A DNA stretch of 64,000 bases from an uncultured Phycisphaeraceae bacterium (lineage in GTDB: Bacteria; Planctomycetota; Phycisphaerae; Phycisphaerales; UBA1924): positions 2,812 through 66,811 of the forward strand of contig CAZBDZ010000009.1 of NCBI GenBank assembly GCA_964490785.1. Reading direction: 5' to 3'. Position 1 is the stretch's first letter. Each line of letters begins with the position of its first letter. The translations under genes were made by a program, and so were the position numbers. Positions 56,798 to 64,000 of the stretch are shown here, in pieces. Below the pieces are notes generated by a model that was not told the DNA's origin, ran no database searches, and saw only the letters and a program-made list of their open reading frames with translations.

Positions 56798-57826
56798 TCA
56801 CGCCATTCCCACGGCCCGCATCGCCGCCAGCACTCGTCCGTGCAGCGCGGGGGTCGCCACCACGATGCCCTTGTTCGCTTCCAGCCCTTTGCCCTTGCTG
56901 AAGTCGAGTTCGCGCCCGTGGATGTCGGTCACGCCGCAGCCGGCTTCGATGGCGACGAGGGCGCCCGCGGCGTGGTCCCAGATGCGCTCGATGTAGCCGC
57001 TCTTCTTCGGCAGGCGCAGGTAGACATCGGCCTGCCCGCGAGCGACGATCGCGTACTTGCCCTGGCCGTCGAGGCGCAGCGGCTCCGCGAGTTCGCCGAC
57101 GCGCTCCATGATGAGTTCGGCGGCGTCGTGGCTCGTGTGCCCGCTCTCGACGCTCTCGCACAGGCGCACCGGCTCGCCCTCGGCGGGCTCGGCCCGGCGG
57201 ATGCGCAGGGGTTCGTCGTTCGCACGGTCCGCCGAGACCTCGCAGAGTCCCTCAGCGGCGACGGCGTAGTAGATCGTCCCGTGCGGATCGGGCTCGTCCA
57301 GCGGACGATTGAAATCCTTTGAGAGGTTGGGGCAACCCAGCACGCCGAGGACGGGCGAACCGTTCTCGATCCACGCGAGCGAGATGGCGTACTGCTCGCC
57401 CCGAAGGAAGCCCTTGGTCCCATCGATGGGATCGAGCGTCCAGAACCCGTGGGTCGAGTCCCCTTCCGGGGGGGGATCGCCCGCGCCGACGTCGATCGCG
57501 GCGAGGACGTCGTCCATGGTCGCGCCGGGCCAGACCTTGCGGACCTCGAACAGCACGGCGTCGGCAACGTCCCGACGACCCTCGGCGAGGTGCAGGCGCA
57601 AGGCCGCGGCGTTTTCCTCGGCGACAAGTCGGACGCTCGGCAGAGACTCCGCGAGCGTCCGCGCGATGACCGCCTGCGAGGCGAAGTCGGCGACGGTGAC
57701 GGGGCTCCTGTCGTCCTTGGTCAGCGTTCGCAAGGCCGGCAGGTCCCGCTGAACCTCCCGGCACACAATGCACGCATGAAACACCGCCGAGCGGGCGGCT
57801 TCAAGTTTGAGCGGAAGGTCGGACAC
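56798..57826 (-). CDS. cysQ: 3'(2'),5'-bisphosphate nucleotidase (HAL2/CysQ, inositol monophosphatase family)
   Basis: WTLDPIDGTKGF and WDHAAG. Proposed GTG start at 57826. Upstream codons are repeat read-through. Confidence 0.85.
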   Translation of the reverse strand: MSDLPLKLEAARSAVFHACIVCREVQRDLPALRTLTKDDRSPVTVADFASQAVIARTLAESLPSVRLVAEENAAALRLHLAEGRRDVADAVLFEVRKVWPGATMDDVLAAIDVGAGDPPPEGDSTHGFWTLDPIDGTKGFLRGEQYAISLAWIENGSPVLGVLGCPNLSKDFNRPLDEPDPHGTIYYAVAAEGLCEVSADRANDEPLRIRRAEPAEGEPVRLCESVESGHTSHDAAELIMERVGELAEPLRLDGQGKYAIVARGQADVYLRLPKKSGYIERIWDHAAGALVAIEAGCGVTDIHGRELDFSKGKGLEANKGIVVATPALHGRVLAAMRAVGMA

Positions 57827-57840
57827 ACGGACACTGTAGC

Positions 57841-57990
57841 GAGCGGAAGGATGGGAGGGGGAAGTGGACAGTGGACAAAGAGAGCAAGGAACCGCCTTCC
57901 TATTCACTTTCCACTGCCCTGCATCCCCGCCCGCCCGCCACGGCGAATCTTCGGTCTTCCGATTTCAACTTTCCGCTTTCCGCTTTTCCC
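57841..57990. repeat. Heptamer-built composite element, copy A (decayed)
   Basis: gagcggaagg..., (GTGGACA)x2 at 57864-57877, ccgcctt spacer, ctttccactg, (TTTCCGC)x2 at 57970-57983. Confidence 0.7.
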
Positions 57991-58837
57991 CCCCGCCACC
58001 TGTCAGCCCACCGAACCGGCGGTCGCGCCCAGCATACGCGCGCACGGCCTCGCGCAGATGCTCCGCGCCGAAGTCGGGCCAGTAGGTCGGCGTGACCCAC
58101 AGTTCCGCGTAACTGATCTGCCACAAAAGAAAGTTCGACACGCGCATCTCCCCCGCCGTGCGGATCAAGAGGTCGGGGTCCGGCAGCCCGGCCGTGTTCA
58201 GCCGGGACGAAAGCGTCGCCTCGTCGATGGACTCCGGGTCCAGCCGACCGTCGCGCGCGTCGCGGGCGATCGAGCGCACCGCGTCGATGATCTCGCCCCG
58301 CGACCCATAGTTCACCGCGAGGCACAGGGTCGCCCCCGTGCAGCGCGAGGTCGCCCGGATCGTCTCGTCGAGCGCGGCCAGGGCCTCCGGGGGTAGCCCC
58401 TCCCGCCGGCCGATCTGCACAAGGCGGATGTTCTCACTGACCAGGTGCTCGCGCTCGCCGCTCATGTAGGTGAAATACAGCCGCATGAGTTCGCCCACCT
58501 CGTCGGAGGGCCGCTTCCAGTTTTCGCTGGAGAAGGAGAAAAGCGTGATGAACTCGATCCCCAGTCGGCCCGCCTCGTCGATCGTCCGCCGCACCGCCGC
58601 CGCACCGTTCCGGTGCCCGAACACGCGCGGAAACCCGCGCGCCGACGCCCACCGGCCGTTCCCGTCCATGATGATGGCCACATGCCTCGGCACGCGACTC
58701 GGCGCAACCCCCGGCACCAGCCGCAGCGGGTCCGCCCGCGGATTCACCCGACGCATCCGCGCCACCGCCTCGCGCTCGCGCGGATCGGCGATCGCATCCA
58801 AAGGCGTAACCTCGGCGGCGGTGGAAGTGCTGGCCAT
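57965..58837 (-). CDS. uppS: Undecaprenyl-diphosphate synthase (isoprenyl transferase)
   Basis: IIMDGNGRWA, FSSENWKRP, IRTAGEMRVSNFLLWQ. Internal ATG at 58837. Confidence 0.93.
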   Translation of the reverse strand: MASTSTAAEVTPLDAIADPREREAVARMRRVNPRADPLRLVPGVAPSRVPRHVAIIMDGNGRWASARGFPRVFGHRNGAAAVRRTIDEAGRLGIEFITLFSFSSENWKRPSDEVGELMRLYFTYMSGEREHLVSENIRLVQIGRREGLPPEALAALDETIRATSRCTGATLCLAVNYGSRGEIIDAVRSIARDARDGRLDPESIDEATLSSRLNTAGLPDPDLLIRTAGEMRVSNFLLWQISYAELWVTPTYWPDFGAEHLREAVRAYAGRDRRFGGLTGGGGEKRKAES

Positions 58838-58890
58838 GAGCCGCGAAAGCGTAGCGACCCGCGAGCACCGGCGAGCAAGGCCGAAAGAAG

Positions 58891-59050
58891 GAGCGGAAGG
58901 GGCCGTGAACAGTGGACAATGGACAGTGGACAGTAGAAGAAAGGCACAGGGTGCCGCCTTCATGTCCAATGTCCCCTGTCCACTGTCCACTGTCCACTGT
59001 TCGCCCCCCTCCTCATTTCCGCTTTCCGCTTTCCGTTTTCCGCTTTTCCT
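58891..59050. repeat. Heptamer-built composite element, copy B (intact)
   Basis: 27-nt inverted repeat gaacagtggacaatggacagtggacag (58907-58933) / ctgtccactgtccactgtccactgttc (58976-59002), followed by (TTTCCGC)n at 59016-59050. Confidence 0.8.
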
Positions 59051-60572
59051 CCCCCCTCCCCATCGCCTCCGCCATCTCCGCTCCCATTGCCCGATACTCC
59101 GGCGTCATCATCACCGTCCCGTGGTTCGTGTTCGGCACGACCGTGATCCGGCCCGCGCCCGCCTTTCCGTTCATCGCGTAGCCGAGCGACTCCAGCCGAC
59201 CCCTCAGCAACTCCACCGCCGCGTTGAGATTCCACTCGTCAATCCCCCCCACGATGATGCGCACCCGATCACGGAAGATCGGCCCAAGCCGGTCGGGGTT
59301 CCTCGCCACGAGGTCGGAGATGTCGTAGCGCCGGAAGGCGTCGAGCGCGTCCTTGTCGATCGCGCCGGTCTTCTCATCAAAGAGGCCGCGCGGCCCGCGC
59401 TCGCCGCGCGGGCCGAACACCGCCCACCATGAATCCCACTGCTGCCCGCTCGTATTGAACGGCCCCCGCGCGTCCTCCCACGCGTTCTCCTGCCGGATGG
59501 TCATCAGGGCCACGCCGCCCTGTTCGTTGCTGGCGATCTCCTTGCCCGCCGCGTCCACATAGAAACTGTCCTGTTCGTAGATGTTCACCTTCTGGAACGC
59601 GCGAAAGTCCACGGGGTCCGGCGAGCCCGCGAAGCAGTGCCCGAACGTCTCCGGATAGGTGATCGCCAGCCAGATGCTCGCCCATCCGCCGGACGAGTGC
59701 CCCGTGATGACGCGCGCCCCCGGCCGCGCGTCGATCGGGAACTTCTCTTCGAGCGCCGGGATGAGTTCGCTCACCAGCGCCCGCCCGCATGGGCCGTTGT
59801 TCTCCGAGTCGGCAAACAGCGTGTGCCCGTTGGGCGATTCCGGGTCGAGAACGATGATGAACGCGTGCTTGCGCAGTTCCCCGCCATAGGGGCTGAACGC
59901 CCCCATGCGGACGATCGCGTTCGCAAAGCGATGGTCGCCGCCGAACCCCGGGACGACGTAGACCGCGCCGTAAGTCTTCGCCGGGTCGAAGCCCTCCGGC
60001 CGAATCACCCCTGCGCGGAGCATCACGTCCTCCTTGCGGAAGTCCGAGAGCAAGGCGGAGCGAACCTCGAACCACACCCCCCCCGGCAACGCGGCCGGGG
60101 GCTCCGCCTCGACCACCTCCGTCAAGGGCAGGTCCACCGTGAACGCCTCGTCCGCTCTCTTCGTGACGGACACAACCTCCGAAAAGAGATTCCCCGGCTC
60201 GCGCCGCCAGTCGGAGTTCAGCGGGTTCACGTCAAGCACCGCCTGAGCGCGATAGGACCCCGCCGGCAGATCATCCACCGCGCACGGAAACCCCGCCACG
60301 CCGCGCCCCACGTCCATCGTCGCGCCGGGAGGCAGGCTCGCCACATCCACGCCGAAGATCGGCTGCGGGTCCTCGTAAAAAGGCCCGTCCCCCGGCTCGG
60401 CCCGAGGCGGCACCCGCGCCCCCTCGCGGATCAGAAACACGCACAGCCGCCCCCGCGCCGCCTCCGCGCGCACCCCGCCGTCAAACCACACCCGGAACGC
60501 CGGCGTCTCCCCGCGAGCCGGAACAACCAGGGACGCGAGCGCGAAGAGTGATATGAAAAGCCGTCGCATCAT
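59013..60572 (-). CDS. Secreted alpha/beta-hydrolase (esterase D / enterochelin-esterase-like family)
   Basis: Signal peptide MMRRLFISLFALASLVVPARG. GHSSGGWASIW nucleophile elbow. Confidence 0.75.
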   Translation of the reverse strand: MMRRLFISLFALASLVVPARGETPAFRVWFDGGVRAEAARGRLCVFLIREGARVPPRAEPGDGPFYEDPQPIFGVDVASLPPGATMDVGRGVAGFPCAVDDLPAGSYRAQAVLDVNPLNSDWRREPGNLFSEVVSVTKRADEAFTVDLPLTEVVEAEPPAALPGGVWFEVRSALLSDFRKEDVMLRAGVIRPEGFDPAKTYGAVYVVPGFGGDHRFANAIVRMGAFSPYGGELRKHAFIIVLDPESPNGHTLFADSENNGPCGRALVSELIPALEEKFPIDARPGARVITGHSSGGWASIWLAITYPETFGHCFAGSPDPVDFRAFQKVNIYEQDSFYVDAAGKEIASNEQGGVALMTIRQENAWEDARGPFNTSGQQWDSWWAVFGPRGERGPRGLFDEKTGAIDKDALDAFRRYDISDLVARNPDRLGPIFRDRVRIIVGGIDEWNLNAAVELLRGRLESLGYAMNGKAGAGRITVVPNTNHGTVMMTPEYRAMGAEMAEAMGRGEEKRKTESGKRK

Positions 60573-60663
60573 GTGTGCCCTTTCGTCCGGGAAACGCGGA
60601 ACATTACGCGATGCCGAGGCGCGGAACAAAGAGGGGATGGAGGTGGGCGCCTATGATCCGGGC

Positions 60664-60924
60664 ATGGCGACGATCAATGCATCCATCCTTGGTGGTGATT
60701 GGCGGGACCTGCTCGAGCGTCTGCGCAAAGGCGAGCCGTTGACGCTGACGCAGAACGGCGAGCCGGTTGTAACGTTGACCACGGTGGACGGGCGCAATGG
60801 GGTTCGGACGGCCGATCCCGCGCAGGTCGAGGCCGCGATGCGACTCGTAAGCGGCATCACGCCGAACCATACGGTGACGACGGACGAGGTCATCGCGTGG
60901 AGACATGAGGGGCACCGGTTTTGA
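60664..60924 (+). CDS. Type II antitoxin (VapB/Phd-like)
   Basis: 86 aa. The stop overlaps the TTG start of vapC. An alternative ATG lies at 60637. Confidence 0.65.
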   Translation: MATINASILGGDWRDLLERLRKGEPLTLTQNGEPVVTLTTVDGRNGVRTADPAQVEAAMRLVSGITPNHTVTTDEVIAWRHEGHRF

Positions 60925-61331
60925 GCCGCTGCGTGCTCGACGCGTCGGTCGTCCTTGCGTGGTCCTTCAAGACCGATGCAACCGGCCGCGCCGACCAGGT
61001 CATGTCGGAGGTCGCGCGCCACGGCGCTCTTGTGCCTGCCGTCTGGCCTCTCGAGGTCGCGAACGGCGTTCGGATCGCGGTTCGCCAAAGCGTCATCGAG
61101 CGCCCGCACGCTGAGGACTTGCTGCGGGCGATTCTCGCACTGCCGATCGGAGTCGAAGGCGTGAGTCCGACGCGAGCGTTGACAACGATCCATGCGCTGG
61201 CCCTGCAAACCGGCCTGACGGCTTACGATGCGTCCTACCTCGAACTGGCGCGCCGAATTGAGCTGCCGCTATGCACGTTGGACAGATATCTGGCAGCGGC
61301 TTGCAAGGCCCCCAACGTCGCGCTCGCGTGA
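60921..61331 (+). CDS. vapC: PIN-domain toxin VapC
   Basis: CVLDASVVLAW (first acidic residue), LEVANG, TAYDASYLELA. 136 aa. Confidence 0.85.
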   Translation: MSRCVLDASVVLAWSFKTDATGRADQVMSEVARHGALVPAVWPLEVANGVRIAVRQSVIERPHAEDLLRAILALPIGVEGVSPTRALTTIHALALQTGLTAYDASYLELARRIELPLCTLDRYLAAACKAPNVALA

Positions 61332-61345
61332 GCATTGGCGGCGCT

Positions 61346-64000
61346 TCAATGCACCGCCATCACCCCGCTCTGCCGCGTCGCTTCGTACTTCGACGCGTCC
61401 CCGCCCTCGAACTTCGCGCCGGAGTCGTCCTGCTGGTACCAGGTGATCAGCCCCGGCACCAGCGTCCCCACCAGCCGCTCGTCCCGCGGCACGACGCGCA
61501 CGGTGAACCCGCGACGCCCCGATCCCGCCGCCGCGAACTCGCCCTCGAACGTATGGGTCCCGTCCCCCGCGTGCTCCGCCAGCGGGTGCAACTCGACGCA
61601 CGCCCCCGCGAGCATGTCGCCGAGGCTCGTCACCTCGCCGTGGTACAACTGCACCCGCACATCGCCAGGCTGCAGCCCGCCGAGCGACACCAGGGCCCGC
61701 ACCCGCACCGGCGTGCGCACCGGGATCGACGTTGTAACATTGCTCTCGACCTTGCGGATCGCCACCTCGCCCCAGTGCTGCCGCAGACGGTTGATCTGCG
61801 CCGCCAGACCCCTCGCCCCCGCGAGGTCCTTGGCCGACAGCGTGCGCTCGATGCCGTGCGCCAGGAGATAGAACTGCTCCGTATAGTCCGCGACCATCCG
61901 GTTCGTCGAGAACCGCGGGGTGTACGCGCGGATCGAGCCCTTCATCCGCTGGATCCACTTCCTCGGCAGGCTGCTCTCGTCCCGGTGATAGAACTCGGGC
62001 AGAATCTGCCGCTCCAGCAGGTCGTACAGCGCGCGCGATTCGACCGCATCCTGCAGCGCGGGGTCGTCGTACGCCTCGCCCTTGCCGATGGAGAATCCGA
62101 TGTTGGGGTCGTGCCCTTCGTCGTACCACCCGTCGAGGATGGACACGTTGATCACCCCGTTCATCGCCGCCTTCATCCCGCTCGTCCCCGACGCCTCCAT
62201 CCCCCGCCTCGGCGTGTTCAGCCAGATGTCGCACCCCTGCACCAGCCGGCGCGCCACCTCGATGTCGTAGTCCTCCAGGAACACGATCCGGTTCAGGTGG
62301 TCGCTCTCCGACGCGAACTTGACCAGTTGCCGGATGAGGTCCTTCCCCGGCCCGTCGGCCGGGTGCGACTTGCCGGCGATGAGGAGTTGGAGCGGCCGCT
62401 CCTTGTTGTTGAACAACGCCCGCAGCCGCTCGGGATCGTGCATCAGCAGCGTCCCACGCTTATACGTCGCGAACCGCCTCGCAAACCCAATCGTGAAAAT
62501 GTCCGGGTCCAGGGCGGCGGCGGCCTTCTCCACCTCGTCGTGCCCCAGCCCACGCGCGCGCATCTGCTTCCGGATCCGCTTCCGGCACCACGTGATCAAC
62601 TTCTCCCGCTGCCGGCAGTGCGTCCGCCACAACTCCTCGTCCGGCACCTCGTCGATCGCGTTCCACGTCTCGAAGTCCGTCGGATCAAGTTGCCAATCCG
62701 GCCCGAGATACCGATCGAACAACTTCATCAGGTTCGGCGCCAGCCACGACCGCGCATGCACGCCGTTGGTGACATGCCCGATCGGAACCTCCGGCTCGGG
62801 CACCCCGGGCCAGATGTTCGACCACATCGATCGGCTCACCTGCCCGTGCAGCCGGCTCACGCCGTTGCAGTAGTTGCTCGTCCGCAACGCGAGCACCGCC
62901 ATCGAGAACCACTCGCCGCGGTCGAAGACATTGCCGCGCCCCAGCGCCAGCAGCCCCTCCGCATCAAGGCCCAGCCGGTGGAGGTAGGGCGAGAAATACC
63001 GTTCGATGAGTTCGGGCGCGAAGCGGTCGATCCCCGCAGGCACCGGCGTGTGCGTCGTGAAGATGTTCCCCGCCGCCGTCGCCCGGTTCGCCTCGTCGAA
63101 AGAAACGTTGTACCGCTCACGCAGGTTGCTGACGCGCTCCAGCGCGAGGAACGCGGCGTGCCCCTCGTTGATGTGGAACACCGTGGGCGTCTCGCCGATC
63201 TTCTTCAGCGCCCGCACGCCGCCGATCCCGAGGACGATCTCCTGCTGGATCCGCGTGTCGATATCCCCGCCGTAGAGATTCCGCGTGATGTCGCGGTCCT
63301 CGCGCCGGTTCTCGGGGAAGTTCGTGTCGAGCAGATACAGCGGGATGCGCCCGACATGGCACCGCCAGACCCCGATCGTAACGCTCCGCCCGGGCAACTC
63401 GACGGCCACCCGGTATTGCTCCCCCGTCTCCGGATCGATCAGCCGGTGGATCGGCTGGTTGGGGAAGTCGATGTCGGGATACGTCTCCTGCTGCCATCCG
63501 TCGGCGTTCAGGTATTGATGGAAATACCCGCACCGGTACAGCAGCCCCACGCCGCAGAGAGGCGTTCCAAGTTCCGACGCCGACTTGAGGTGGTCCCCCG
63601 CGAGCAGCCCCAGGCCGCCCGAATAGATCTGGAAGCACTCCGTCAGCCCGAACTCCGCGGAGAAGTACGCGATGCGCAGCGGCTGGCCGACCTGCTCCGG
63701 CGTCGCCGACGTTTCGAGAAACTGCGCGTACTGCCTCTGGAACCACGAGTTCCGCGAAAGGTGCGCCTTGAACCGCGCGTGAACGTGGTTCAGCATGTGC
63801 AGGTACGACTGGTCGTCCGCCGCCCGGTCGAGCACACTCTGCCGAACAAGCCCCAGCATCTTCACGGGGTTGTGATACGTCTCCTGCCACAGGTCGCGGT
63901 CGAGCCGCTTGAAGAGTTCCACGGCTTCGGGGTGCCACGTCCACCAGAGGTTGTGCGCGATCTCAAGCAGAGGTCGGAGCGAAGGCGGAAGGTCGGGCAC
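61346..64000 (-). CDS. glgP: Alpha-glucan phosphorylase (GT35, DUF3417-type); the N-terminus probably lies beyond the window end
   Basis: LWWTWHPEA, NEGHAAFL, EASGTSGMKAAMNG. The ORF is open to the last base of the window. Confidence 0.9.
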   Translation of the reverse strand: MPDLPPSLRPLLEIAHNLWWTWHPEAVELFKRLDRDLWQETYHNPVKMLGLVRQSVLDRAADDQSYLHMLNHVHARFKAHLSRNSWFQRQYAQFLETSATPEQVGQPLRIAYFSAEFGLTECFQIYSGGLGLLAGDHLKSASELGTPLCGVGLLYRCGYFHQYLNADGWQQETYPDIDFPNQPIHRLIDPETGEQYRVAVELPGRSVTIGVWRCHVGRIPLYLLDTNFPENRREDRDITRNLYGGDIDTRIQQEIVLGIGGVRALKKIGETPTVFHINEGHAAFLALERVSNLRERYNVSFDEANRATAAGNIFTTHTPVPAGIDRFAPELIERYFSPYLHRLGLDAEGLLALGRGNVFDRGEWFSMAVLALRTSNYCNGVSRLHGQVSRSMWSNIWPGVPEPEVPIGHVTNGVHARSWLAPNLMKLFDRYLGPDWQLDPTDFETWNAIDEVPDEELWRTHCRQREKLITWCRKRIRKQMRARGLGHDEVEKAAAALDPDIFTIGFARRFATYKRGTLLMHDPERLRALFNNKERPLQLLIAGKSHPADGPGKDLIRQLVKFASESDHLNRIVFLEDYDIEVARRLVQGCDIWLNTPRRGMEASGTSGMKAAMNGVINVSILDGWYDEGHDPNIGFSIGKGEAYDDPALQDAVESRALYDLLERQILPEFYHRDESSLPRKWIQRMKGSIRAYTPRFSTNRMVADYTEQFYLLAHGIERTLSAKDLAGARGLAAQINRLRQHWGEVAIRKVESNVTTSIPVRTPVRVRALVSLGGLQPGDVRVQLYHGEVTSLGDMLAGACVELHPLAEHAGDGTHTFEGEFAAAGSGRRGFTVRVVPRDERLVGTLVPGLITWYQQDDSGAKFEGGDASKYEATRQSGVMAVH

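Overview
High-GC (roughly 65-70% by eye) gene-dense bacterial chromosome segment. Most of it is housekeeping: macAB-type efflux, rlmE, RNase P RNA, tyrS, hisS, gyrA, iscS/iscU, a sigma-70 factor, ppdK, pabB, alr, a DEAD-box helicase, tRNA-Ile, rpsT, uppS, cysQ and glgP. There is also an envelope-glycan block (47.6-53.1 kb) and three secreted proteins with PEP-CTERM-type tails. A PVC/Planctomycetota-like origin is only a guess. Lower-GC islets (about 50-58% in hand counts) sit among these genes. (1) A Topo VI-A (Spo11-type) gene is chained to a GIY-YIG-like ORF and a zeta-toxin-type P-loop protein, with no Top6B in the window. (2) A HEPN gene plus an orphan 87-aa ORF is wedged into the iscS-iscU operon and translationally coupled to it. 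(3) There is a type II m4C-type restriction-modification pair. (4) There are two PIN-domain toxin-antitoxin pairs. (5) A metazoan-type GH56 hyaluronidase homolog lies inside the glycan cluster. (6) The central part of hisS is about 52% GC. The window is also saturated with several families of short palindromic or MITE-like repeats. One family flanks a RAYT (IS200-like Y1 transposase) gene in classic REPtron fashion. Another has expanded helices of the RNase P RNA. Another sits in frame inside pabB. A heptamer-built composite element brackets uppS and supplies the last codons and stop of two genes. No rRNA, CRISPR array, integrase or prophage genes were seen. Many long ORFs in the track are antisense or alternate-frame artefacts typical of high-GC DNA.
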